Shown: piece after piece, positions 31,460-42,192 of the stretch
How positions within the stretch are numbered: the first letter of the stretch is position 1
Layout of the letters: every line of letters starts with the position of its first letter
Assembly (NCBI GenBank): GCA_008690995.1
Contig: VRMN01000003.1
Location: 1,426,001 to 1,490,000, forward strand
Source of the DNA: Porphyridium purpureum
Taxonomy: Eukaryota
Length of the DNA stretch: 64,000 nt
Reading direction: 5' to 3'
Notes under the pieces: model-generated
What the model was told of the DNA's origin: nothing
Seen by the model: the letters and a program-made list of their open reading frames with translations, nothing else
Database searches by the model: none
Program-made: the position numbers and the translations under genes

Positions 31460-32083
31460 TCAGTCGAATTCAAAATTCGGCCGCTCGTCGGAAGCCAAAT
31501 GTCCTCTGGGAGACCGCGAGCGGGCCGCCTGCTGGCGATTCTGCATTTGCGACTGCGCGTCGAGCTCGGCGTCGTGCATTCTGCGCGAGAACGGGCTGCT
31601 GAGCGTCTCAAATGCTCGCAGAATGCGTTCGAACGAACCGTCTTCCTTTTTCGTTCGGTCTGGATGGTGCAGAAAGGCCATCCTCCGATACGCAGCCCTT
31701 ATTTCAGCCGCCGACGCGTCGCGAGCCACCTGCAGCGTTTGGTAACAATCCACGACGCGTTCACGTTCCGCTGCTAGATTACGCGGGGACGTACTGTGAC
31801 CATCTGCAAATCTACCACGCTCACTCTTGCGCCACCCTTCGTATTCAAACACGCCCCCTCGCCAGCTGTTCCCGTGGTCCTTGATGTGCGTCCTGAACGA
31901 GCCGCCCCAAGCACTCGATGCGCCATGGTATCGCCCGCGCGCCACCTGCTCCTCTTCTGCCTCCGCGGCGCAGCACACTATATCGCCATGCGCGCGCACA
32001 TGCGGCCTGGAGCTTCTGCTGCCTCGCGAGGCCTGAAAAGGCGCTCCGCCGCTGATGAACAAGAGCGCACGCGTGCCTTCCAT
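31460..32083 (-). CDS. Small J-domain (DnaJ type III) protein, probably plastid-targeted
   Basis: YQTLQVARDASAAEIRAAYRRMAFLHHPD...FETLS, preceded by a transit-like N-terminus. Confidence 0.88.
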   Translation of the reverse strand: MEGTRALLFISGGAPFQASRGSRSSRPHVRAHGDIVCCAAEAEEEQVARGRYHGASSAWGGSFRTHIKDHGNSWRGGVFEYEGWRKSERGRFADGHSTSPRNLAAERERVVDCYQTLQVARDASAAEIRAAYRRMAFLHHPDRTKKEDGSFERILRAFETLSSPFSRRMHDAELDAQSQMQNRQQAARSRSPRGHLASDERPNFEFD

Positions 32084-32249
32084 CGTGAAGAGCTTCGCAA
32101 GTCCGACCCGTCGCCAGTGTCAAGCGACAAGGCAATTCCCTTTCCACAGAACGTCTAACAAAGCAGTGTGGTTTTGTTGTAACGACGGGAGGTTTCGAAA
32201 CAATCAGACGGCAGGTTTGGAGGGTCAGACAGAGCGGAAGGAGCCGTTC

Positions 32250-33269
32250 ATGCCCATGATGGCGTCCGAAGAGCGTTTGCCGGTGATGGATTCAAGCAGT
32301 CAGCGCGTGTCTCGACAGGGAACGCTCAGGAACCGCGGCAGAACGGGCTCGGGCCTTGGGGCGAGCGCGCTTGGGCCTCTGTCCGGCAGTTCGAGTTATG
32401 TCACGCTGTCGGATTCTGTGACGCCAAGCAATGAAATGCACTTCAAGCTTGAGGGGAACACGGTGCGTGACGTGGACGGCGCCGAGGTGGGCAGGATGGC
32501 ACGGCCGCCGTTCATGTCACGCGCTTGGTGGTCGAATGTTGCGCGCTGTTTCCAAGCGGTGCAGGACTCGGCTCTGTTTCACTACGCGAAACCGTTAGAG
32601 CTGCACGTCGCCATTTCGGCAATTGGCGAACTTTTCGTCATTGCCGGTTCTCTGATTGCAGGTTTCTCGCTGCAGTTTTTCGAGATTGCCGACTTGAGTC
32701 AGCTCGCGTTCAAATGGTATCTCCCAAACTCAGTCTTCATCACGTTGGCCTTCCTGAGTGGTATTGCGTGTGTGGTGGTTGCGGCCATGTTATTTATTGG
32801 GATTAGTACGGTGCCGGTGAGTCATGTGCATGTGTTTGCAAATCATATGTCCTGGTGGCTGCTTCGACCGGGAATTCTGATGGGCTTGTCGTTCGTCTTC
32901 ATGGGCGCAGCATTCACAACGATTTCGCTGCGCGCGCCATATCCTGTCGCAGCGTGGTCGTGCCTTGGAATCATTGTTTTCATTCTCGTGTTGTTGGTAT
33001 GTATCTCTTTGGAGCTTATGCAGCGCATTGTTTGTGTGCGCGACTTTGTTAAGATTGACACGCAGAGAGAAATTGCACGGAAGAAGAGAGAAATGCAGGA
33101 GCGAAAAGACTTGCTAAAGCAAAGGCGCAGAAGTGGGGCTTCGACGAAGTTCGCTCGCAAGATATCTCGCGCCAAGTTGGCCAGAAGCTTTTCAGACACT
33201 AATTTGGCGCAAAGGAGCACCGTTTCGGATGTCGAGGCGACGTCTGAAGGTCACACAAAGATGTTGTAA
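32250..33269 (+). CDS. Hypothetical 4-TM membrane protein with a C-terminal coiled coil
   Basis: Four hydrophobic helices from LFVIAGSLIAGFSL to GIIVFILVLLVCI, followed by a basic helical tail. Start inferred. Confidence 0.75.
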   Translation: MPMMASEERLPVMDSSSQRVSRQGTLRNRGRTGSGLGASALGPLSGSSSYVTLSDSVTPSNEMHFKLEGNTVRDVDGAEVGRMARPPFMSRAWWSNVARCFQAVQDSALFHYAKPLELHVAISAIGELFVIAGSLIAGFSLQFFEIADLSQLAFKWYLPNSVFITLAFLSGIACVVVAAMLFIGISTVPVSHVHVFANHMSWWLLRPGILMGLSFVFMGAAFTTISLRAPYPVAAWSCLGIIVFILVLLVCISLELMQRIVCVRDFVKIDTQREIARKKREMQERKDLLKQRRRSGASTKFARKISRAKLARSFSDTNLAQRSTVSDVEATSEGHTKML

Positions 33270-33931
33270 TTCTCGACATCACATGTTCGCAAATGTCATG
33301 GAGTTGACTTTTTTAAAGGGGAAACAGAGTGTTTGCAAAGGAAGTGACACTGCAGCGGTTTGACGCTCTGGGGCGGCTCAATGGCTTGTTGGCAGGAGCT
33401 GCGTGAGGGCACCTGTGCATGTCTTCACGCACGACTTTACTTCTGAGCATCTTGCGCGTATCCTCACATTGTAGTGTTGTCTTCCTAATAATATCCATTT
33501 GTTCATTCCGTTTCGTACCCTTCTTCTTCTCCTATCGTGCCTCCGTGTCGTTTCCAGCACTCAGCTCGTGTCACCACCCTGTTCCCGCGGCAGGCGCTGG
33601 AGGAAAAGGAGAAAGCCGAGCTGGTGAAAGGCTTTGACAAAATATCCTCCGTTGTAATGACCGGCTGCGCCCTTGAGTGATGTCCAAGCACAGAGCCGAG
33701 CCGTGCTCGCTACTTGTTGATTTCCTAGCCAAATCAGATTTACATATCACACCGGATGTGGCGACATTGTCTGGAAGAGGCTAATTGAACGAGCAGCTTT
33801 CGCGCGACCTTCCTCACAAGTTTGAGCTTACGACGCAAGACGATCTTGATCTGCTCAGCGTGATGTGAAAAAATCATGCACATGCACTCGCACGCGATTT
33901 TGGAATACGAAATTACGAAATTTAAAGTCGT

Positions 33932-34588
33932 CTAGACGCTCCCGCCGAACAGCATGGTTCGAATAACCGGCAGATTTTGCTCGTACGCAATATTCAACCG
34001 GCTGGCAAACGTGTTGTCCAAGACGATGCGCCCCTCGTTGCTGGACAGAACCACGCCACCGGCTGACTTTTCATCCAAAAAGGTAGAGCCGTCAATGCTG
34101 AGCGCAACTTTCTTGCCCGTCTTGCTCGTGTACTCCTTCTCGATCTGGGGCAAAACGGCCTTGAGCAGCGGAGCATCCTCAAGTCGAACTTTGAGCACGA
34201 CCCTCTCGTCGGCCAGCGCGATGAGGCCTTGAAGTGTCGCGTCATGCAAGAACCGAGAGTACTTCTCCTTATCTTTTGAGATGGTGACGAGCTCTTCGAG
34301 CGCCCTGCCAAGCAACGCCTGCAGCTCGGCATCCATTTCCTTCAGGACCTTGAGTCGCGCCGCATTCAGCTCGGTCGAATTCTGGATCTTCTGGTAGATG
34401 GCGATCTGCTTGTTCTTCTTCTCATACTCGGCGCGAATCTTCTCGCGGGCCGCCTCGACGGCCGACAGTTTCCGGATGTTGAACTCTTCCTCAGCCTTGA
34501 CCAAGATCTCGTTTGCCTTTTCATCCGCCTCCTGTCGAATGAACGACACCATTTGCTGGATTTGCTGGCGCACTTGCTGGTCATTCAT
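33932..34588 (-). CDS. VHA-E: V-type H+-ATPase V1 subunit E
   Basis: MNDQQVRQQIQQMVSFIRQEADEKANEI...GGVVL...DNTFASRL...IRTMLFG. Confidence 0.97.
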   Translation of the reverse strand: MNDQQVRQQIQQMVSFIRQEADEKANEILVKAEEEFNIRKLSAVEAAREKIRAEYEKKNKQIAIYQKIQNSTELNAARLKVLKEMDAELQALLGRALEELVTISKDKEKYSRFLHDATLQGLIALADERVVLKVRLEDAPLLKAVLPQIEKEYTSKTGKKVALSIDGSTFLDEKSAGGVVLSSNEGRIVLDNTFASRLNIAYEQNLPVIRTMLFGGSV

Positions 34589-34858
34589 GATGGGCGACGC
34601 GTTTACTCGTTCCCTCACAAACCCCCACCACGTCCTTCCTTACCCCCTTCCCCTTTCCCCTTCGCACCTTCACTCATTCCCCATCAACCCGACTCCAGCC
34701 CTCTACCGCTTTCAACGCCCCGCGCTCATCGTATCCACTTGCGTGCGCTTCCTACTAAAACAGCGCTCCTTCTTATCACCTTCATCGTCTTCATCGCCTG
34801 TTTGTGTGTGTGTGTGTTTGAGGCGTTTGGCGTGCGAGCGAAAAACAACGGACATCAA

Positions 34859-34880
34859 CTGTACCCTAGACTGGGTACAG
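34859..34880. promoter_or_regulatory. Inverted pair CTGTACCC-N6-GGGTACAG in a divergent promoter
   Basis: Perfect 8-bp inverted repeat with spacer TAGACT. Confidence 0.55.
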
Positions 34881-34975
34881 CCGCTGTACACAGACGCATC
34901 ACGGCGGGTGTTCAGTGAATTCGGATGGGTACGGTACAGTTCCATGGTGCTGAGCTTTGTCCCAGGTTGACAGAG

Positions 34976-36064
34976 ATGGCGGTGCGCACGTGGGTGTGGC
35001 TGGTGGTGGTAGTGGTGAGGCACGTGTGTTGGTTGCGGATGAGGATGCGCGACCATGTGCTGCTCACGCGGTGGTTGCCGGTCATAGCGGTGTGTAATGT
35101 TGCGTCGGTGGTGGTGCTGGCGCTCGAGACGGCGCCCAATGCGGGCATGCGCATGGACAGCCATCTGCGTGTGCTGGTTCGCGTCATGCTGGCCGTGTGT
35201 GCGCTCCTGCAGCTCGTCTCATTTGTGTGTTACCTGAACAGCGCCAGCGGCGCCAGAAAGACGGCTAGTACTGGAAGTTCTGGTCCTGGCGGTATGACTG
35301 CGCCGCTCGCGCGGTCGTCGTCGCCTCCACACGCTTTCCTCTCGGCAGCGATTGGGCCCCAGCAGACAGCATTCGCCTTGGCACAGGGACTCCAATTGGC
35401 AAGTCTGGCGGTCGTGTGCCTACTGGGTGTCCTTGTGGGCATGCACTCAGACGCATGGTCACATGGGTACGGCTCTGTGGCACGCGTTCCAGCCTCGGCG
35501 CTGCTTGCATCTATGTGCTGCGATAGCGCGTCTGTTGAGGCGTTGGCTGCCATCTTAGTAGACGGGGGCTCAGAGATGGAGCCATTTGCCACCGGTCCTT
35601 TACACGATCACATTGATGACGCGTTTGGCGGATTCGATGTCGGGTTTCGTGAGTACGATCTTCTGATACGGTTTCGAGAGAGCTCGGGACAGGACCAGGA
35701 GGAGATCCGGCGACACGGCGCCACGGTTGACGTGGTTCCTGCGCGTGATGCAGGCACTTCATGTCACGAAGTCTGCGCACGCGAAGGCAAGGTGTGCTCG
35801 GAGGATGGGTTTGAATATATTGATGACTGCAAGACAATCAGTAGCGTGCTTCCGTGCAAGTATTGCACGACGTCGGCCGAGCACAGTGAGCCGATCTATC
35901 CAGCCATGCTTGTGTACCATGCAAACAGTAATGATTCTGTGATACCAGTGTATGTGCACCGAGTATGTTTGCGCGCTCAGTCGCTGGAGGGCATGAATCG
36001 ATGTGACGCCGGTCATCCGGGACTTCGGAGACTTTGTCCTTGCCAGGAGCGACAAAGTACATAA
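34976..36064 (+). CDS. Membrane protein with a C-terminal Cys-rich domain resembling the MGAT5 (GT18) C-terminus
   Basis: N-terminal hydrophobic helices; GTSCHEVCAREGKVC...CDAGHPGLRRLCPC. Start inferred. Confidence 0.7.
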   Translation: MAVRTWVWLVVVVVRHVCWLRMRMRDHVLLTRWLPVIAVCNVASVVVLALETAPNAGMRMDSHLRVLVRVMLAVCALLQLVSFVCYLNSASGARKTASTGSSGPGGMTAPLARSSSPPHAFLSAAIGPQQTAFALAQGLQLASLAVVCLLGVLVGMHSDAWSHGYGSVARVPASALLASMCCDSASVEALAAILVDGGSEMEPFATGPLHDHIDDAFGGFDVGFREYDLLIRFRESSGQDQEEIRRHGATVDVVPARDAGTSCHEVCAREGKVCSEDGFEYIDDCKTISSVLPCKYCTTSAEHSEPIYPAMLVYHANSNDSVIPVYVHRVCLRAQSLEGMNRCDAGHPGLRRLCPCQERQST

Positions 36065-36406
36065 ATGACCGAGCAGATATGTGGCCGCAGACTCGAAGGC
36101 GGCAAGGGTAAATGGCATCTTCTCTCTGCGTACCATCTGATCACTGATTATATTATTTGCGAAACTAACTACAAAATCGTTCGGCTCAGTTGTGCCAAAC
36201 AGGTACACGTAGCTGCTCTTCTCACGAATCGCGCTTCGTCAGCTTGTAGCTGGGCGTTGAAACCCTAGTCCGTCATTGAGAAAAGCGCAGCAGCTGCGTA
36301 ACTTCTGCTTCAAGTCCTAAACTTTCCCGCAAGGGATTCGAATGGACAAAGTTCCAACACTGGGCGAGACGGGATCTCAAGTTCTTTCATCCACAGTAGA
36401 ATGTCA

Positions 36407-39400
36407 TCACAACTCAAACATATCATGCACATCGGCGAGAGAAATATCCTCTTTCATCGATGAGTTCACATCCGTCCCGACGTCGACATGACTCAGCTCC
36501 TCTTTCTTGCTTCGGATCGAGAAAATTTTCTCTTCCACCGTGCCATCCACGACAAAGTGATGCACGTAAGTGTGCTGGGTCTGACCCATGCGATCGATGC
36601 GACCGATGGCTTGTGCTTCCATCGAAGGGTTCAAAATGGGTTCCACCAGCACAATATGGGACGCCTCCGTCAAATTAAGCCCATTGGCACCTCTGCGCAG
36701 CGAAAGCAGGAGCACGCGATAGGTTTCATCCTGGCGGAATTTTAGAACCATCGAGCTAAAGTCTTTTGCGCCGGCGCGCTGCGCATCGATGAAGGACACT
36801 TCATTGTGTCGTAATGCCTGCGCAATAATCGTCAACATAGCGTTCCATTGAGAGAACACCAAAATCTTGACGCCCGGTTCTGACTGGACAAGCACGATAA
36901 TGCGACGCACAATTGCCTCAATCTTCGTCCCAAAAGAGCCCCGCACCTGCACAAATTCTTCCCCTTGTACCTCGAATCCTTGGCGACGCTCCACCGCGTC
37001 CCGCACCGCACCTGCCCGCGTAAAGCACACCTCTTCAGCCGCAACATGCGCACGGCACGAGGGGCACTTTATGTATCTGGACTGTACCTGCAGCCTGCCA
37101 AACATGACGGCCGGACAATCGACGCAAAAGGTATGACCACAAGGAAAAACTGACAGCTCTTCCCATGAAATTGGATTCCAGCAAACGGCGCACTGCATCT
37201 CAGAAACGACCGCCGGTTCACAATTCTCGCCCACGCCATGTGGGTGCTCACCCATGCCCTGCCTTGAACCCCCGGCATTTTGCAGGCTGCTGAGGTAAAA
37301 AAGTTGTCCCTTTTTCCTGTCGAGTTCCTCGGCACTGCACGTGTACTCCACATCAAGTACTTTACGCATGGGAATCACTTCATGTGCAAGGATACGGAAC
37401 CGTTTCTCGGCCACAGAAACTTGCTCATTTGGATTTCGCAGACCCACGCGCATTTTAGCCATGGATAGCTCATCTGACACTGAGAGCAGATCCTTCGAGG
37501 CCTGGAAGACTGCATGCGCAAACTTGAACTCCTTTTTCAGCGCCTCCATGTACTTAAAGTAAGCTGGAAATCGCTCTACGCACAGCTTCATCTCTGAGTC
37601 ATCCTTGAACGCTGAGCGACGGCAAAATGACGCGATAATTTGGACGGCATGCTCCAACTCGCCTTGCAATCGGACTCCGCCTTTCCCAACAGAAATGGTG
37701 GCACCACCTCTGTCCTGAAGTTCGCTGTCCGACTCGAGGTTACCTGCCAACGCCTCGACAACAGGCGGTTGCGACATCTCCGTCGTCGCTGCTGCGGTTG
37801 CTGCAGATCGCTTGACATGCTTTCGACGCACCGAGAATAGATACCTTTCGTAGTCTCGAAACGCTGCTTCACTCAGGCAATGTTCGCAAACTTCACCAAG
37901 CGCATCAGGTCGACACTTTCGGCAGTTGCCTGACCGCGCACTTTGTGCGTCTGACGGGTGTTCATCATACCCCGGCAGTGCCTGCAAGCGCGTCGTCATA
38001 GCAAGTCGAGCCTGTGCCAAGTGCTTCTGCTCGTCGTGTAGCACGGCTCTCAAACCATGAATGTTTCGAAATTTTGTAGCTATGGAGCTGTAGCTTCCGT
38101 TCATTTCAAATCTCGAGAGCAGATCGATTTTCACTTTCTCCACGAGCGCTTCGGCCATTTCTGCGTCACGACGCGAAATAATTTCAAGCGCACCAGACCA
38201 GCAAAACAACACCAGCTCGTCCTCCTCGTCTTGCTCTAGACCTCGCCCTTTCAATCCTTTCCGCGAACGAGAGCTCGTTGCGCTTTGCGGCACTCGCACT
38301 GCCATTGTGCTTGACTCAAGCTGGCTCTTTTGTGATTGTAGCTGCAAAAGAGTCGGTTTAACATACGCGACTTCAAGTGCAGCGATTTCATCAACCAGTT
38401 GCGCCTCTCGCAGTGTCCGGCCCATGCTGACCAGAGCCGACATCGTTGGCGACTGTTGGACTGAGCTTGCCTGGTCACGAAGCACTGCATCGCGTTTCAT
38501 GAGCACGTCACGATAATTTGCGAGTATGTGCAAAAGCTGCAATTTGTCCACATCTAGCCACTTCCTGTTCTCCTCGATTTGCCCGAGACTGCGCTGGTAA
38601 ATTGAGACCGCAGCAACTAAGCGCGCGCTCTGCTCGGACTCCAACAAGGTAAGGGCGGCTAGACCATTCGAGTGCGCTAGCATAAGACGCAGCGCCTCCT
38701 CGCAATCAAGAATTGTCTTCTTGATCAAACCTGCTAGCACTTGTTCCATGGTCAGGGCATCCGTGCGACGCAAGTCCAAAGTAAAGAGGGATCGCATTGA
38801 GCGCCCAATGCCGGCACTGCCTGTCCCACCGCCAAGTTGTGGATGACAGCAGGCCTGCCTCAACGAGTGCAAGCGGCTAAAGAACGCACTAGCTTCATGT
38901 GAATCAAGAATCAAACGCCCCATCGCTTCGCGGCTGATATTGTTTCCAACCAACGTGCGCTCGGTCAGTCTTCGAATCAGCTCACGTGCGGTTTCAAAAC
39001 ATGTTTCAAACTGGTACTTGTAAAACGCCATCTCAATCGGGCCAAACACGAGGCGCGAAATGTACACGGTGCGATCTGGAAGATTGAGCTGTTCACGGAC
39101 GTCGCGTTTGTTGAAGCGCCAGAATAGGCGCCTCAGCAATTCGCGCATCCATACCATGGCCGACACATCGCCAGTGTCCGCTGCCTTGAGCATCTCGGGA
39201 AAGAGCTCGGAAACTGGTGCTCGGATGCACTGCAAGATCCCGAATACCTCCTTCGTCAAAAAGCGAGCTGGCGTTCCGGTCATGCACCACATGTGCTGCG
39301 CACTCAGTCGCCGAACCATGATCGACACATTGGATGAAACGCTTTCCGCAAACTGCGCCTCGTCAAGACAAATTCGTTTCCACGTCACCCGCTCAAGCGG

Positions 39401-41680
39401 CGGGCACACGTGCTGATACTTTTTAAAGTAGCGCAAGTTCTTGGTCGCACTCGACGCCGCGGCATTGGAACCATGAATGTCGTCACCAAGAGCTTCGTAT
39501 GTGGTGATTACGATATCCGCATTTGTGACAGTCAGCGGAGAAATATACCCATGCACTCGCAATCCTTCGTAAATGCGCACATTCAAAACTTTGTCGTCAC
39601 ACTTTTGATCTGTCTTTGCATCTCCCACGTCGATCACTCGTGCGGATGCTGCATTTGCGGCTGCATAAAGGCTCGAAACGATTTCACCATCTCTTCGTCT
39701 TTTGTGGTGGTATGTGCGAATCGATCCAATCATATGCTTCTGAAGCTCGGACACCCATTGCGAGAGCAAGGTTCGCGGTACAATCAACAGCGTTGCGTCT
39801 GTGTCGATTCGGACGTCCTTGATCGTGCAGGCTGGACAGAGCCATGCGCTTCGCGACAGCCGGGGTACGTCTTCGTGCCGGTACCCAAGGCATGCACCGT
39901 GATACCAGCAAAAGCACTCGTCACATGAGATCCAGGAACTGAGCTCGACCTGATCGTTTTGAATTGAAGTATATTGCCCACCCGAGTTTGCAGGCTCTTC
40001 TTTGCTTCCACACGCTCTACAAATATCCTCTTCTGCTGTGCTGCTTTCCTTGGCAACGCAGGAGTCATGGCTAACTTGATCCAAACGCACGCTGAACTCT
40101 CCGTGCTCCGGCTTCACCTTCGTTTCCAAATCCGCAGCTACCAACGACAGAAACTCGACCGTTTTACCAAGCCCCATTTCATCGCACAAAACGCCACCCG
40201 TGATTGTTTCAGTGTACATGATTGGTGCTTCCGAGAGAGACCCTGTCCAGGCATTTACGTACAGACAGACGCTGCTGGCCGGTGCGGGTGCGTTCGATGA
40301 GGAACAATCGGAAACCCTAAGAGAGCAAGTAGCCGCGCGCGGTGGTGCACTTTTCGGCAGTTCGAGAGGTTGCCAAAAAGGATGGAGACACTCGTACCGA
40401 TTCCATCTCTGGTCTCGCTCGCGGGCAAGCATCCAGAGAACGCTTTTTTCTTGATAAGGACGCAGCGTGGCACTCAAATTTTCACATATTCGCGCGCGCA
40501 CCTGATCGCGCATTTCCAAACTCTGTACTTGCTCTTGTTCCATAGTTCTCCTGATTATCCCGTAGAATTGTCCCGCAGTGATCACTCCCACATCATTCAG
40601 GTCTGCACCTGCTGAGCCAACTGAAGCAAATGTATCGACCTTCTCTCTTTTCAGCAAGCCGAACATATTCAAGAGTTCGAGCACGCTTCGGGAGCACCTG
40701 ACCGCACTTTTGGAATGCGACATCTCAAGCGTCGGCTGCGAATGCGATAATACGGGCGCAGCTACGTTCGTGATCGCACGCTCGCTCAGGTACAAGTGCA
40801 GAACGATTTGGCAGCTTTCGGGCTGGACGTATGCATCTGTGAGTAGCCACTCATCCTGAATCAAGCACCTCAGCGCACGCTCTTGCTTGGTGCTGAGCGC
40901 GGTTGAAGAGCCGCACACATGACTACTGATCCTGTCGAGTGAGCTGTCTCCATGCTCCATGTGGAAAAAGAGCAGCGAAACGTCGGTTCCGTCCTCTGCT
41001 TCAGTCGAAGACATGCACGCATGACCCTTTGCTTGCACACTCTCTTCGTGTTCCTGCAAAAGAAGCAGCGCCTCTTGAGTATCAGCCACGCTGGGTGCGG
41101 GACTGGTATCCACGTTGGACCAGGGCGAAAAGGGCGCCACGTCAAATTCCACGGCACCGAGATAGCCGCAGGGGCGCAGTGGCCGTGTTGCGTGACGCTG
41201 CATGACCAGTGAATTGGCTCGATACACAAACATGCCATCTCTTTTCACGAGTTTTCTCAGCTTGAGACCCTGCAACGCATCCACGAGCCATCCCGTTCCG
41301 TGGGCTACTGCTAGACCTTGCTGATCAGGTCGCTGATCCTGTGCTTCTCCTTGCTCCTGCCCCAGAGCGAGTCCATTCGGCCTGCTCCTCTTCCTCCCAG
41401 ACACGCGTCCCGTCCGCATGACCCGCTTTTTCGCAACGAGCGATGCATCCGGGGCATCACGGGCCTCCGTAACCTGTTTGGCTGACCGCTGAACTGCCGC
41501 TCTTGCCGGCTGGCTTGTGCGCCCCTTTGCGAGCGCCCCCGCGCCGTCGCTGGCCGATCTTGCAGCGTCAGTCCCTGCATGCTCTGCCCGACGCCCCTCA
41601 TCTTGCGCGTTGCTCCGCGACGGCGAATCATCCATGCTTCGCTCCAACCCAGCACACCCTTTCCCCGCCTCTCCCCTCAT
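36407..41680 (-). CDS. SHPRH: SHPRH-type E3 ubiquitin ligase / SNF2 helicase (PHD, RING, HELICc)
   Basis: LRPYQ, GGVLCDEMGLGKT, PHD (WISCDEC...HGAC...CPAC), LDEAQ, RQACCHPQ, RING (CAVC...PCGHTFC...CPSC), GANGLNL and QAIGRIDRMGQ. Confidence 0.92.
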   Translation of the reverse strand: MRGEAGKGCAGLERSMDDSPSRSNAQDEGRRAEHAGTDAARSASDGAGALAKGRTSQPARAAVQRSAKQVTEARDAPDASLVAKKRVMRTGRVSGRKRSRPNGLALGQEQGEAQDQRPDQQGLAVAHGTGWLVDALQGLKLRKLVKRDGMFVYRANSLVMQRHATRPLRPCGYLGAVEFDVAPFSPWSNVDTSPAPSVADTQEALLLLQEHEESVQAKGHACMSSTEAEDGTDVSLLFFHMEHGDSSLDRISSHVCGSSTALSTKQERALRCLIQDEWLLTDAYVQPESCQIVLHLYLSERAITNVAAPVLSHSQPTLEMSHSKSAVRCSRSVLELLNMFGLLKREKVDTFASVGSAGADLNDVGVITAGQFYGIIRRTMEQEQVQSLEMRDQVRARICENLSATLRPYQEKSVLWMLARERDQRWNRYECLHPFWQPLELPKSAPPRAATCSLRVSDCSSSNAPAPASSVCLYVNAWTGSLSEAPIMYTETITGGVLCDEMGLGKTVEFLSLVAADLETKVKPEHGEFSVRLDQVSHDSCVAKESSTAEEDICRACGSKEEPANSGGQYTSIQNDQVELSSWISCDECFCWYHGACLGYRHEDVPRLSRSAWLCPACTIKDVRIDTDATLLIVPRTLLSQWVSELQKHMIGSIRTYHHKRRRDGEIVSSLYAAANAASARVIDVGDAKTDQKCDDKVLNVRIYEGLRVHGYISPLTVTNADIVITTYEALGDDIHGSNAAASSATKNLRYFKKYQHVCPPLERVTWKRICLDEAQFAESVSSNVSIMVRRLSAQHMWCMTGTPARFLTKEVFGILQCIRAPVSELFPEMLKAADTGDVSAMVWMRELLRRLFWRFNKRDVREQLNLPDRTVYISRLVFGPIEMAFYKYQFETCFETARELIRRLTERTLVGNNISREAMGRLILDSHEASAFFSRLHSLRQACCHPQLGGGTGSAGIGRSMRSLFTLDLRRTDALTMEQVLAGLIKKTILDCEEALRLMLAHSNGLAALTLLESEQSARLVAAVSIYQRSLGQIEENRKWLDVDKLQLLHILANYRDVLMKRDAVLRDQASSVQQSPTMSALVSMGRTLREAQLVDEIAALEVAYVKPTLLQLQSQKSQLESSTMAVRVPQSATSSRSRKGLKGRGLEQDEEDELVLFCWSGALEIISRRDAEMAEALVEKVKIDLLSRFEMNGSYSSIATKFRNIHGLRAVLHDEQKHLAQARLAMTTRLQALPGYDEHPSDAQSARSGNCRKCRPDALGEVCEHCLSEAAFRDYERYLFSVRRKHVKRSAATAAATTEMSQPPVVEALAGNLESDSELQDRGGATISVGKGGVRLQGELEHAVQIIASFCRRSAFKDDSEMKLCVERFPAYFKYMEALKKEFKFAHAVFQASKDLLSVSDELSMAKMRVGLRNPNEQVSVAEKRFRILAHEVIPMRKVLDVEYTCSAEELDRKKGQLFYLSSLQNAGGSRQGMGEHPHGVGENCEPAVVSEMQCAVCWNPISWEELSVFPCGHTFCVDCPAVMFGRLQVQSRYIKCPSCRAHVAAEEVCFTRAGAVRDAVERRQGFEVQGEEFVQVRGSFGTKIEAIVRRIIVLVQSEPGVKILVFSQWNAMLTIIAQALRHNEVSFIDAQRAGAKDFSSMVLKFRQDETYRVLLLSLRRGANGLNLTEASHIVLVEPILNPSMEAQAIGRIDRMGQTQHTYVHHFVVDGTVEEKIFSIRSKKEELSHVDVGTDVNSSMKEDISLADVHDMFEL

Positions 41681-42149
41681 GCATGCTCACCAAATCCCCC
41701 CCGCCATTTCCACCCAGCACGTGTTTCCCCTTTGGTAACTGTACTTTCCAGCTGTACGTTCGCGTGGCTGTTGCTTACACCGATGACCCATCAAGCGTTA
41801 ACAGGATCGCACCCAAAGCCATAAACCAAACCCCGAAATCAACAAACCGCCATCCGGAAACACGAATTTGTTGGCTGGGCTAATTCGAAACAAAAAGCAG
41901 CAACACCAACAGCAACAACAATAATAACAGTGATGCCACGAACAAGGAAACTGGAACGTGAGAGAGCGCAGGTTTAGTATGGGACGCGAGGTAGGGTGTG
42001 TTTCTATGGAATAGAAATAAGAATAAGAAGGTGATTTGAGAATGATGTTGGGTAGTGTACTTACTGGAAGGTTGATGGTGGTGGAAGGCGGCTTGTTAGG
42101 TTATGAGAACACAAGCATGACGGAAAGGGGAAAAGGAGACCAGTAGGTT

Positions 42150-42192
42150 GAGAGAGAGCGAGAGAGAGCGCGTGTGTGTGTGAGTGAGTGTG
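42150..42192 (+). repeat. Compound (GA)n/(GT)n microsatellite
   Basis: gagagagagcgagagagagcgcgtgtgtgtgtgagtgagtgtg. Confidence 0.75.
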
